Assembly (NCBI GenBank): GCA_965368975.1 | Contig: CBDUPA010000003.1 | Coordinates: 64,001 to 128,000 of the forward strand | DNA: 64,000 nucleotides | From: an uncultured bacterium | GTDB taxonomy: Bacteria > Acidobacteriota > Thermoanaerobaculia > Multivoradales > JAHZIX01 | Direction of reading: 5' to 3' | Made by a program: the position numbers and the translations under genes | Notes under the pieces: generated by a model | What the model was told of the DNA's origin: nothing | The model's input: only the letters and a program-made list of their open reading frames with translations | Database searches by the model: none | Shown here: positions 1-11,017 of the stretch, in pieces | Numbering within the stretch: position 1 is the stretch's first letter | Layout: every line of letters begins with the position of its first letter

Positions 1-1
1 C

Positions 2-2875
2 GTCGGTCTGCTGGAGGTGCCGCCGGGTACCGAGTGTCCGGACAACCCGCAGGCATGGATCGACCTCACCGCACCGCCCGCCGGCCGCCTGCGCGCCCGC
101 ACGCGTCCCGACGACGCCGGCGCCGACCCTTGCATCGTGCCGCCGGGTGCCGGCTACACGCGCTTGGAGAACCAGTTCTACCGCGTCGAAGTACACGAGG
201 GGGGCGCCCTCGGAGCTGGAAATGCTGCGGCGACTTTCAAGTGGTCGCGCGAGAACGGCTCGGTGGTCACCGAATGGCTGGCGCAAGATGCCGGCGACCC
301 GGACCGCCTGACCGTTGCCGACACCGGTCGCGACGAGCTGCTCGGCTTCGCCGCCGACCAGTGGATCGAGCTGCTCGACACGCCGCGCGAGCTGGCCGGT
401 GAGCCGGGCCTACTGGTGCGCATCGCGGCGGTCGAGGGTGACGTGCTGGTGATCGACCCGAACGGCCAAGTGGTCGACTTCAACGACTTCGAAGCACCGC
501 GCAAGGTGCGGCGCTGGGAGTCGGCCGGCGCGGTGACGGTGGAACAGCCGGCGGCCAACCAGGGCTACCTACGGCTCGAAGGCGGCCTCGAAGTGCGCTT
601 CGAAGGCGGCCCCTTCCGCACCGGCGACTGGTGGTGGGTGCCGGCACGTACTTTCGTCGGCGAGCTGGCCGGCGACATCGAGTGGCCCTGGGACGACGCG
701 ACCAACCAGCCCGCGGCCCTGCCGCCCGAGGGCGTCGACCACCACTACTGCAAGCTGGCGGTGGTGCCTTGGGACGGCGCCGCCTTCGGTCAGCCCGAGG
801 ACTGCCGTCCCGAATTCCCGCCGCTCACCGACCCCCGCGCCGAGGGCTGCTGCACCTTCGTGGTGCGGCCTGGTGAGTCGATCCAGCAAGCGCTCGACGA
901 CCTACCCGACGCCGGTGGCTGTGTTTGCCTCAAGGTGGGCGACCATTTCATCGAGCAGCCGCTGGTCCTGCGTCGACCGCGCGTCACCCTGCACGGTGAG
1001 ACCATTGGCGCGCGCCTGATCCGCCGCGGCGGTGTGCACGCGATCAACGTCGTGCAAGCCGCGGACGTCACGATTGCCGACCTTGCCGTACGTGGGGAGG
1101 TGGCGGTGCAGGTCAATGCGGCCGAAGAACTGGCGCTGATCACCGGCCGCTTTGCCAGCGGCCTGCACGTCGAGCGGTGCCGGCTCTTCGTGCCGCCCGA
1201 AGCCCTGCTGGCGGTCGGCGTCGACCTGGCCTTCAGTGCGTACGCGCAGCTGCAGCACAGCGAGATCGACGGCTGCATGGTCGCCGTACTGACGGCGGCC
1301 TGCGATCGCTTCGAAGCGCGGGCCAATCGCTTGCTCGGGCCTGTCGCCACGCTCGAGGGCGCTGCCGTCCAGGGCGAGACCGGCATCCTCAGCGGCGAGG
1401 CCGTCGGCCACGTCATCGCCGACAACGAATTCGGCAGCTACGCGACCGCGGTCCGGCTCCTTGAAGCCGTCAATGCCGCGCCTGCTGATCGCGTACGGCT
1501 GGTCAGCCGGATCTCCGGTAACCGCATCGAGAGGCCCAGCGGCCTGGACGATCCTGCCAGCGGGAACCCTCGCTTCGCCATCGATGTCGAGGCGACCGGC
1601 ACCGAGATCGCGGACAACCGCCTCAGCTTGCCGACGCCGTTCTCCGGGGGCATTCAGGTCGCGGGTACAGGTGCCGTCATCTCGACCAATACCATCACCA
1701 GTATCGTCGCCGGCAACGCTGCCAGCCTGGCGGAAGCTGTCCCGGTGGGTATTCGCTTGCGGCATCGACCAGGGCTCCTGGCCAGCTGCGTGCGCGACAA
1801 CCAGCTGAGCGGCATCCAGGACGCCATCGACATCGTCGAGTGCCGGCAAGTGCTGGTGGCTGACAACCGCATCACCGGCCGGCGCGTGGTGGTCGCCGCT
1901 GACGATCCGGTCGTCGCCATCCGGCTGTTCGAGTGTCGCGATTGCCGCGTCAGCGGTAATCGGCTGCAGGATGTGCCCGTCGGCATCTTCCTGGAGGATG
2001 GCCGCGACAATCAGCTCGAGGGCAATCGCATCGTGGCCGTGCAGGTCGGCTGCGGTGCCTTGGCCGAGACTCGCCTGCAAAGCCGAGACAATCGTGTCAC
2101 CGGCGCCGCCCTCGGCTTCGGCGGCGTCAACCTCGCCGGTCTCACCGGCCTGCACGGCGATCGTTACGAGAACTGTGGCTACTTGCCGCTGCCGAATGTC
2201 GGTGTCGGTAGCAGTATCACCGTCGCTGGCATCGCCGGTGATCTGCACATCGAAGGCTGCGAGGTGCGCAACACCGGTCTGTCACCGGGCAGCGAGGTGG
2301 TGATCGGCGGTCCCGCTATCGGTATCAGCGGCGCCGGCATTTTGCAGTGTCGTCTGCAGGACAACTACGTCGGCTACGATGCCGAGATTCTCACCGGTAC
2401 CGATGTCGAGTTCTTCGGTCGCGAGCATCGCGCCGTGTGGTTGCTGGGCCTCGTCGAATACCAGATTCAGGATGACTTTGTGATCGGCTACGGCGCACAA
2501 CTGCTCGGCAACCGCCTGCTCGGGCCCGGCCTGTCGGCCCTTGTCGAGCTGCCTCAGCAGCCAGTCTCGCAGAACTTCAACATTCGCTTTGAACGCGTCC
2601 AGTTCAGCGACAACCATGTCTGGCACTGGACGGTGCTGGGACCTGATGTCGCCGGCGGTGCTGGCGTACTCATCCCCGAAGATGCCACCACCGTACGCCT
2701 GGGAACTGGCTCCGCCATCGTCATGGGCAACCACATCAAGACCAACTCCCCGCGGGCTTCATCTGTCGACTTCCAGGGCGCGCAGAGCGTCTTCGTCGGC
2801 AACGTCACAGCCGCGGGTGCCGTGGGTGCGGCAGATTTCCCGGCCCCCGAGAACAACTTCAACCGCTTGCGCTAG
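2..2875 (+). CDS. DUF6519-domain protein with right-handed beta-helix (NosD/pectin-lyase-like) repeats; 5' truncated by window edge
   Basis: Frame open from position 2. Motifs GYTRLENQFYRVEVH, ATFKWSRENGSV, FRTGDWWWVPART and GVDHHYCKLA typical of DUF6519, followed by many xxxGNxI beta-helix repeats. Confidence 0.8.
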   Translation, partial: VGLLEVPPGTECPDNPQAWIDLTAPPAGRLRARTRPDDAGADPCIVPPGAGYTRLENQFYRVEVHEGGALGAGNAAATFKWSRENGSVVTEWLAQDAGDPDRLTVADTGRDELLGFAADQWIELLDTPRELAGEPGLLVRIAAVEGDVLVIDPNGQVVDFNDFEAPRKVRRWESAGAVTVEQPAANQGYLRLEGGLEVRFEGGPFRTGDWWWVPARTFVGELAGDIEWPWDDATNQPAALPPEGVDHHYCKLAVVPWDGAAFGQPEDCRPEFPPLTDPRAEGCCTFVVRPGESIQQALDDLPDAGGCVCLKVGDHFIEQPLVLRRPRVTLHGETIGARLIRRGGVHAINVVQAADVTIADLAVRGEVAVQVNAAEELALITGRFASGLHVERCRLFVPPEALLAVGVDLAFSAYAQLQHSEIDGCMVAVLTAACDRFEARANRLLGPVATLEGAAVQGETGILSGEAVGHVIADNEFGSYATAVRLLEAVNAAPADRVRLVSRISGNRIERPSGLDDPASGNPRFAIDVEATGTEIADNRLSLPTPFSGGIQVAGTGAVISTNTITSIVAGNAASLAEAVPVGIRLRHRPGLLASCVRDNQLSGIQDAIDIVECRQVLVADNRITGRRVVVAADDPVVAIRLFECRDCRVSGNRLQDVPVGIFLEDGRDNQLEGNRIVAVQVGCGALAETRLQSRDNRVTGAALGFGGVNLAGLTGLHGDRYENCGYLPLPNVGVGSSITVAGIAGDLHIEGCEVRNTGLSPGSEVVIGGPAIGISGAGILQCRLQDNYVGYDAEILTGTDVEFFGREHRAVWLLGLVEYQIQDDFVIGYGAQLLGNRLLGPGLSALVELPQQPVSQNFNIRFERVQFSDNHVWHWTVLGPDVAGGAGVLIPEDATTVRLGTGSAIVMGNHIKTNSPRASSVDFQGAQSVFVGNVTAAGAVGAADFPAPENNFNRLR

Positions 2876-2914
2876 TTCCATCCACTGCGCCTCTCACACT
2901 CAGGAGATTCCGTC

Positions 2915-3268
2915 ATGGCCAAGAAGTCCTCCAGCGCCGCCGAGGCCCCTACCTTCGAGCTCCAGCGCACCGCCTTCCTCGGGCGACTCGGCGAGCGTCT
3001 GCAAGCGGCCCAAGCCGGTAGACTGCCCGCTGACTCCGGCCTGCGCGACAAACAAGGCCACCTGCAGCGCCTGCGCGACCGGCTTGAAGGTGCCCGTCAA
3101 GCGCGTGACGAAGCAGTACAGCGCTTCGAGCGCGAAATCGAGACCTACCGCGGCGAGATCACGCGCCTGGAGCGCGAGATCTACCAGGAACAGGCGCAGT
3201 TGAAGAAGGCACAGAAGGGGAGCAAGAAGAGCAGCGGCAAGACGACGCGGAAGATCGCGCGGAAGTAG
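2915..3268 (+). CDS. Small coiled-coil hypothetical protein with basic C-tail
   Basis: AGGAG RBS upstream of ATG; heptad-rich E/R/Q/L helix; K-rich C-terminus; directly follows the DUF6519 gene. Confidence 0.7.
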   Translation: MAKKSSSAAEAPTFELQRTAFLGRLGERLQAAQAGRLPADSGLRDKQGHLQRLRDRLEGARQARDEAVQRFEREIETYRGEITRLEREIYQEQAQLKKAQKGSKKSSGKTTRKIARK

Positions 3269-3280
3269 GAATCCGATTCC

Positions 3281-4480
3281 TTAGCGCATCCATCCCCGCT
3301 GCAACCCCAGCGTCGCCTGCCAATGGGCGGCCAACTCCGCCATCGAGTCGCCGCCCAGTTTCTCCTGCAACGCGTCCGCCAGCACCAACGCCACCATCGC
3401 CTCGGCGATCACCCCGGCTGCCGGCAGCGCCGTGACGTCTGAGCGCTCGTACTGCGACGCGTGCGCCTCGCCGGTGTCCAGGTCGACGCTCGGCAATCCC
3501 TTGCGCAGCGTCGCGATCGGCTTCTTGTAGGCGGTGATCACCAGGTCCATGCCGTTGGTCACGCCCCCCTCCAGGCCTCCAGCTCGGTTCGTCGTCCGCG
3601 GCCAGGTGACGCTCGCTTCCGCAGAACCGTCCGGCCCGCGCGGCTCGATCGCGTCGTGCGCATCCGTGCCCCAGCCACTGGCCGCCGTCACTCCATGCCC
3701 GATCTCCACCGCCTTCACCGCCGGCACCGACATCACCGCCTGCGCCAGCCGGCCGTCCAGCTTCTCGCTCCACTGCACGTGCGAACCCAGGCCCACCGGC
3801 ACGTTGTGCGCGATCACCGTCACCGCTCCGCCCAGGGTCTCGCCCTTCTCCTTGGCCTCGTCCACCAGGCGCAGCATCTCCGGCTCTAGCGACGTGTCGA
3901 TGGCGCGCAGCGGCGACGTATCGTCCATCGCTTGCAGGTCGTCCCAGGTCGGTGGGGGAGCGTCGGCACCGATCGGCCCGAGCGAGCGCACACCGCTGTG
4001 CACCTCGACGCCGAAGTGCGCCAGCAACATCCGTGCAAAGGCCCCGCCCGCCACCCGCGCTGCCGTCTCGCGCGCCGAAGCCCGCTCCAGAATGTCACGC
4101 AGATCGGAACGCAAATACTTCTGTCCACCCGCCAGGTCCGTATGCCCCGGCCGTGGCTGGTGCACCCGCCGCTGCTCGGCCCGCCGCGCGTCCACTTCCA
4201 CCGGGTCCATCATCGGCTGCCAGTTCTTGAAGTCCCGGTTCTCGATCCACAGCACGATCGGCGACCCCAGCGTTTCCCCCCCGCGCACCCCCCCGCGAAT
4301 CTCCGCCGTGTCCTGCTCGATCTGCATCCGTCGCCCCCGCCCGTATCCATGCTGGCGCCGTCGTAGCTGTGTCCGCAGCACTTCGAAGTCCACGGACATG
4401 CCCGCCGGCATGCCTGTCAGTATCGCGGTCAAACCGGGGCCGTGACTCTCCCCGCCGGTCGTGAAACTCAGTTTGCGCAT
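3281..4480 (-). CDS. aroC: Chorismate synthase
   Basis: TGGESHG, RRQHGYGRGRRM, PRPGHTD, ERASARETAARVA, GGLEGG and ERSDV signatures. Confidence 0.97.
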   Translation of the reverse strand: MRKLSFTTGGESHGPGLTAILTGMPAGMSVDFEVLRTQLRRRQHGYGRGRRMQIEQDTAEIRGGVRGGETLGSPIVLWIENRDFKNWQPMMDPVEVDARRAEQRRVHQPRPGHTDLAGGQKYLRSDLRDILERASARETAARVAGGAFARMLLAHFGVEVHSGVRSLGPIGADAPPPTWDDLQAMDDTSPLRAIDTSLEPEMLRLVDEAKEKGETLGGAVTVIAHNVPVGLGSHVQWSEKLDGRLAQAVMSVPAVKAVEIGHGVTAASGWGTDAHDAIEPRGPDGSAEASVTWPRTTNRAGGLEGGVTNGMDLVITAYKKPIATLRKGLPSVDLDTGEAHASQYERSDVTALPAAGVIAEAMVALVLADALQEKLGGDSMAELAAHWQATLGLQRGWMR

Positions 4481-4597
4481 GGCCGCGGAGTTTATCAGTC
4501 CTAGGGGCACGTCTCTTTCGCCAGGTTACAGAAAATGAAGGAATGCAGATGGAGCGTTACAACAGAAAATATATGTGCCAAGAGAGAAAAATAGGGC

Positions 4598-4626
4598 TTG
4601 CAAAGAGATATCACGTCTGCTACTAT
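4598..4626 (+). promoter_or_regulatory. Sigma70-type promoter (TTGCAA-17 bp-TACTAT, extended -10 TGn) with AT-rich upstream tract
   Basis: TTGCAA at 4598-4603, 17-nt spacer ending TGC, TACTAT at 4621-4626; A-rich upstream sequence in a GC-rich genome. Confidence 0.75.
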
Positions 4627-4631
4627 CTCCT

Positions 4632-4803
4632 CGCTGCTTCTGTGGAAACGTTTCCACCCCTTTCTTTCCTCCGCAACAGAAGCCCTCTTCTAGAGGAACA
4701 CGGAGGGAAGACTAGAACGACACAAGTTGTACCGGGCGTCTGACGCCGTTGGCCGTTCTCCCTCTCGGAGGCGGTGCTTTGCTGTGTCTGGAGTTCTTTT
4801 TTG
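4632..4803 (+). ncRNA. Candidate structured sRNA or leader RNA
   Basis: Follows the strong promoter; several complementary segments; ends in an imperfect hairpin plus T-run at about 4764-4802; no convincing ORF. Confidence 0.4.
4642..4657. promoter_or_regulatory. Perfect 16-bp palindrome GTGGAAACGTTTCCAC, LacI-family operator-like
   Basis: Perfect inverted repeat with central CG just downstream of the predicted TSS; resembles LacI/CcpA-type operators. Confidence 0.55.
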
Positions 4804-4992
4804 GGCGTGGCTGGGATGCCGTGTCGACTTCCTGGACCTGTTCGCGACTTGTTGGTCGTGAGGTGCAGTCCGCCTGTTTCGAGGTCCAACCGGCAGCCGG
4901 CGAGAGTTCGAACCTGCAACCTGTCGCCCATTCTCCCCGTACCAAACTCGCTCCGTTTCCACACCCAGCGCGTCAAGATCGAGGAGAGATGC

Positions 4993-6276
4993 ATGCCGCC
5001 TACCCGAATCTGTCCGCCCTTCCGATCCGCCCTTCTCCTACTGCTGTCCCTGCTCCTGCTCCTTGCACCGTCCCGGGTCACCGCTTCCGAGCCCAGGTCC
5101 GAGCCCAGCCCCGCGCCCTCTGGCCAAGATGGTCACCGTTTCGATCCCGGCATCAGCATGGCTACACGCGCGCCGAGCGCTCCGCCGGAACTGGACCAGG
5201 CTCGCTTCCTTCTCGGTACCTGGCAGGTCCAGCAAACAGTCGGGTCGGGTGAGCAGGCACAGACCTCCAGCTGCGAAGCAGAGATCACGTATCTCAACCG
5301 CGGCCACGGCTTGGCCGAGCGCTTGCACTGCGACACCTTCCTCTCGGAGCAGCCCTTCGACGCGCTGGCCTTCCTGGTCTACAACTCGGCAGGACAAGTC
5401 TGGATGCTCGGGGAGGCGGATAGCTTCACGGAAAGCGCGCGGCTGTTGCACGGCTCTCTAGACGGCGAAGGGGCCTCTGCTGCGCTGACGCTGACGCATG
5501 CGGTAAGGCGTGGTGGGGGGCCGCAGCTGCGGCACTACCGTTTGACCTGGCGACCGACTCCGGTGTCTGGGGACGCTGAGGCCCCGGCGGGCCTCGAACA
5601 GGTCGTGGAAGCCTCGACAGACGATGGTAGCTCTTGGCAGCCAGTGCGAACGCGGCGCTATGTGCCGAGCGACGCTGTGCCGAGCGACGCTGTGCCGAGC
5701 GACGCCCCCGAGCCGGCGACGACCAGCGCCATGAACTTCGGCGCTCCGTCACCGAACCGTGCTCCGGAGGGCGGACAATTCGACTTCCTGATCGGCCGCT
5801 GGAACAAGCAGCAGGAGATCACGCTGCCGAACGGTCAGGTCGCCAAGTTCTCGGCGAACGGGACGGCGGTGCATGCGCTGGGTGGGCACGCGATCCTGGA
5901 GTTTCTCTCGTACGACATCGACCCCAACCTGCCCGACGCGGCGAATACGGTGCTGCGGGTCTACAATCGGGCGTTACGGCGCTGGGAGAATCTCTTCCTG
6001 AGCAACCGCAACAACAGCGTTCTGCACTTCGGCGGTGCGCAGGAAGGCGAAGGCGTGGATCGTGAGATCGTGCTACATCCGTTCGATGTCGACGCCAGCG
6101 GCAATCTGAGCTTCTACATCTTTCACGATATCCGCGACGGTGCCTACGAGTGGCACTCGAAAACGAGCACGGACCGCGGAGCGACGTTCAACAAGACGTG
6201 GATCATCTCGGCGCGTCGCGTCGAGCCGCCTGTACCGGAAGCCTCGACGCCCACCTCAGGCGCGACAGCGCCCTGA
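4993..6276 (+). CDS. Secreted hypothetical protein with two DUF1579-like beta-barrel domains
   Basis: GAGGAG RBS, signal peptide, two repeats starting ARFLLGTW and QFDFLIGRW and ending STDDGSSW and STDRGATF. Confidence 0.7.
   Translation: MPPTRICPPFRSALLLLLSLLLLLAPSRVTASEPRSEPSPAPSGQDGHRFDPGISMATRAPSAPPELDQARFLLGTWQVQQTVGSGEQAQTSSCEAEITYLNRGHGLAERLHCDTFLSEQPFDALAFLVYNSAGQVWMLGEADSFTESARLLHGSLDGEGASAALTLTHAVRRGGGPQLRHYRLTWRPTPVSGDAEAPAGLEQVVEASTDDGSSWQPVRTRRYVPSDAVPSDAVPSDAPEPATTSAMNFGAPSPNRAPEGGQFDFLIGRWNKQQEITLPNGQVAKFSANGTAVHALGGHAILEFLSYDIDPNLPDAANTVLRVYNRALRRWENLFLSNRNNSVLHFGGAQEGEGVDREIVLHPFDVDASGNLSFYIFHDIRDGAYEWHSKTSTDRGATFNKTWIISARRVEPPVPEASTPTSGATAP
5661..5705 (+). repeat. 15-bp tandem repeat x3 (VPSDA linker)
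   Basis: tgtgccgagcgacgc repeated three times in frame. Confidence 0.9.
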
Positions 6277-6279
6277 CGG

Positions 6280-6708
6280 CTACTCGGCCGGTGCCGCCAG
6301 CTTGGCAAACGGTTCCTTGAGCACCGGCGGCGTCTGGCACACCTTGCCGCCTTCACCGATCCACACGTGCTCCGTCGCTCCACGCACCAGGCGTTGCCCG
6401 TCGTGCGTCACTTCGTAGCGGAAGCGCAATCCGCGGCTCGACATGTGGTCGAGCCAGCACACCACCTTGACCGTCTGCCCGTACTTGGCCGAGGCCCCAT
6501 AGCGCACCTCGACCTTGGTGACGGCGAGTTGATACCCCAACTTCTCGATGTCGGCGTAGTGATAGCCGCTCTGGCTGCACAGCGCGGTGCGCGCCAGCTC
6601 GAACCAGACGATGTAGTTCGAATGATGGACCACGCCCATCTGGTCGGTTTCGGCGTAGCGGACTTCGACGTCGATTTCCGCGAGGGTGGCGGTGTTGGGT
6701 TTCGGCAT
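6280..6708 (-). CDS. Acyl-CoA thioesterase, YbgC/FadM (4HBT) family
   Basis: VRYAETDQMGVVHHSNYIVWFELAR hotdog-fold motif. Confidence 0.92.
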   Translation of the reverse strand: MPKPNTATLAEIDVEVRYAETDQMGVVHHSNYIVWFELARTALCSQSGYHYADIEKLGYQLAVTKVEVRYGASAKYGQTVKVVCWLDHMSSRGLRFRYEVTHDGQRLVRGATEHVWIGEGGKVCQTPPVLKEPFAKLAAPAE

Positions 6709-6726
6709 GGCCGGGGATTGTACCCG

Positions 6727-7473
6727 CTAGGACTCGGCTTGAGGAGGGCGTGACTTGCCGAAGCTGTAGCGGACGACCGTCCACAGGATCTTGTAGCCGG
6801 CGAGCACGGTGCCCTTGATCGTGCCCGTGATCTTCGAGACGCCAACCCGCTTGCGGTAGCGCACCGGGACCTCGGTCACCTTCAGCCCGTGCCGCAGTGC
6901 CTTGACTTGCATCTCGGCGGTCCAGCCGAAGTTCGGGTCTTCCATACGCAGCCGTTCGAGCGCTTGCCAGCGGATGGCACGGAAGGGGCCGAGGTCGGTG
7001 TAGCGGTGGCCGTAGAGTAGCCGGATGAGTAGGCAGGCGACCAGATTGCCGGCGCGCGCTTGCGGCAGCAGGGCACCGCGTTCGCGCTGGCCGAGGGTGC
7101 GCGAGCCAATGACCATATCCGCCTTGCCGTCGAGAATGGGGGCGATGACGTCGGGGAGTTCTTCCGGGTGGTCCGAATAGTCGGCGTCGAGGAAGACGAC
7201 GATGTCGGGTGGATCGTGGGCGCGCAGATGGGCGAGCCCAGCCAGGCAGGCGCTACCGTAGCCCTGGACGGGTGCCGGCACGACCACGGCGCCAGCGTCG
7301 CGGGCGACTTCGGCGGTGCGGTCGCGCGAGTTGTTGTCGGCGACCACGACGCGGCGTACCGGTGGGCGGGGGATGTCGGCGAGCACCTGGGGGAGCGAGG
7401 CTTCCTCGTTATAGGCGGGGATGACGACGTCGACGGTGGGCAAGTTGACTTGAGGTGAGGTCGGGGCAGGCAC
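6727..7473 (-). CDS. Glycosyltransferase family 2 (DPM1-like)
   Basis: VVIPAYNEE, VVADNNSRD, FLDADYSD and TDLGPFRAI motifs; GTG start inferred. Confidence 0.9.
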   Translation of the reverse strand: MPAPTSPQVNLPTVDVVIPAYNEEASLPQVLADIPRPPVRRVVVADNNSRDRTAEVARDAGAVVVPAPVQGYGSACLAGLAHLRAHDPPDIVVFLDADYSDHPEELPDVIAPILDGKADMVIGSRTLGQRERGALLPQARAGNLVACLLIRLLYGHRYTDLGPFRAIRWQALERLRMEDPNFGWTAEMQVKALRHGLKVTEVPVRYRKRVGVSKITGTIKGTVLAGYKILWTVVRYSFGKSRPPQAES

Positions 7474-7626
7474 GGCCGGATTGTACGGTATTCCGGCTGA
7501 AATGCACTCCACCTGACAGCGACGGTCGCCCCTTGGTAGTTGGTCGCCCCTTGCCTTGCAGGAACTGCCCGGCGGAGATACGGTAGGTGTACGCACAACG
7601 ACAGTACAGAACGGAGTGAGAGCACT

Positions 7627-8343
7627 ATGGACATTGCAAAAAAAGCTCTGGAAGTCGCTGAGGATGTGGCGGTCAAGGTGCACAAGGCGCCAGCGGGGTA
7701 CGACGAGGCATCGCTGCCCACGCTGGACGAGATCGGACCGAGCATTCCGACGGGATCCGTCTTGCTGTGCAGCGGCACGGCTGCCGAGAGTCGGTTGATC
7801 GAGGAGGTCGACGGGACGGATTTCAGCCACTCCGCGATCATTGTTCGCTTCCATGGGCAGGAACTGATGGTCTGGACGGCGGATACGGTCGACAAGTTGC
7901 CGGACCAGATTCACAAGATGGCCGATACCGATCATCCTGGGACGCATCTGCTGGTGCTGGCAGACTATCTCCGTGATCTCGACAAGCTGTACCCGTCACC
8001 GGATGGGTCGAACTACCGCTTCGCCGTGGCGCGACTGTTAGGGGTCCAGGTCGACGAGACGAGGCTCTGGAAGACGATGTACCAATACGACGGCACGCCG
8101 TTTCCGCCCACCGCGCAGGAGTTCAAGCATTTCCTCGAGGGCCAGCTCGATGTCGACTCGGGCATGACCAACTCCTTTTGCGCTCAGATGGTGGCGGCCA
8201 CGTATCAGAAGATGGGCTGGTTGAGCACCGAGCATCCGCCCAACTACTACAGCCCAGGATCGTGGGCCAAGACCGACAAGATCAACGAGGACATGCTTGG
8301 TGACGCGCGCTTGGATGAACCCCAATACTTCAAGCTGGGCTGA
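7627..8343 (+). CDS. Permuted papain-like amidase (YiiX/YebB, NlpC/P60-related) family protein
   Basis: GSVLL...FSHSAII (His), later FCAQMVAATYQKMG (Cys) and YSPG: the permuted His-before-Cys order. Confidence 0.65.
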   Translation: MDIAKKALEVAEDVAVKVHKAPAGYDEASLPTLDEIGPSIPTGSVLLCSGTAAESRLIEEVDGTDFSHSAIIVRFHGQELMVWTADTVDKLPDQIHKMADTDHPGTHLLVLADYLRDLDKLYPSPDGSNYRFAVARLLGVQVDETRLWKTMYQYDGTPFPPTAQEFKHFLEGQLDVDSGMTNSFCAQMVAATYQKMGWLSTEHPPNYYSPGSWAKTDKINEDMLGDARLDEPQYFKLG

Positions 8344-8400
8344 CTTCGAGCTGGGCTGATTTCGAGCTGGGCTGACTTCAAGCTGGGCTGCCCTCGAGCT
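8328..8400 (+). repeat. 16-bp tandem repeat x4 plus partial (cttcragctgggctga) spanning a stop codon
   Basis: cttcaagctgggctga, cttcgagctgggctga, tttcgagctgggctga, cttcaagctgggctgc, cctcgagct. Confidence 0.9.
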
Positions 8401-8560
8401 TGCGGGGAGGTTCGGAGGGACTCGCGGTGCGTGGCTAGCTCTCCGTGGTACTCTTGCGCCCCCTGAAGCACGCACGGACCCGGTGTGTGGCCCAAACCCT
8501 CCGACGCTTGACTCTCGATACGAACGCTTGACGCCCCAACCTTCGACGTACCAGTCCCCT

Positions 8561-9079
8561 ATGCCCATCTACCCCTACCACGACCGGGTGCCCCGCATCG
8601 GCGAGCGCGTGTTCATCGCGCCGACGGCGATTGTGGCGGGCGACGTGGAACTGGGGGACGATGTGTCGATCTGGTTCGGTACGGTGGCCCGCGGCGATGT
8701 CCACTACATCCGTGTCGGGGCCGAGACGAATATTCAAGACGGCTGTATGCTGCACGTGAGCTACAAGACGCATCCGCTGGTCATCGGCGAGCGAGTGGTG
8801 GTCGGGCACCATGCGGTGCTGCACGGCTGTACCGTCGAGGACGGAGCGCTGATCGGGATCGGTGCCCGCGTGCTCGATGGGGCGGTGGTGGAGGCCGGAG
8901 CGCAAGTGGCGGCCGGGGCGCTGGTGGCACCGGGCAAGGTGGTGCCGGCGGGGCAGCTGGTGATGGGGGTGCCGGCCAAGCCAGTGCGGGCGTTGAGCGA
9001 CGACGAGAAGGCCGCGATCGGCACCAACTGCGACCGCTATCTACAAGTCAAAGACGAGTATCTGCGCAACCTGGGCTAA
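8561..9079 (+). CDS. Gamma-carbonic anhydrase family (YrdA/PaaY-like) hexapeptide protein
   Basis: RGDVHYIRVGAETNIQDGCMLH, VGHHAVLHGC. Confidence 0.93.
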   Translation: MPIYPYHDRVPRIGERVFIAPTAIVAGDVELGDDVSIWFGTVARGDVHYIRVGAETNIQDGCMLHVSYKTHPLVIGERVVVGHHAVLHGCTVEDGALIGIGARVLDGAVVEAGAQVAAGALVAPGKVVPAGQLVMGVPAKPVRALSDDEKAAIGTNCDRYLQVKDEYLRNLG

Positions 9080-9141
9080 TCCCGGCTGCGTTCGGCGGTG
9101 CCTGCGGGGCAGGTACCGTGTATGGATGGAGAAAGAGCTGT

Positions 9142-11016
<1,875 letters not shown>

Positions 11017-11017
11017 C

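Noticed and set aside
4888-4930. tRNA-like GGTTCGAA T-loop on the minus strand
   Set aside because: The T-stem does not pair (GCAGG vs TCTCG) and no cloverleaf or CCA can be built.
8328-8400. Possible CRISPR array
   Set aside because: Units are 16 bp, head-to-tail without spacers, and there are no cas genes.
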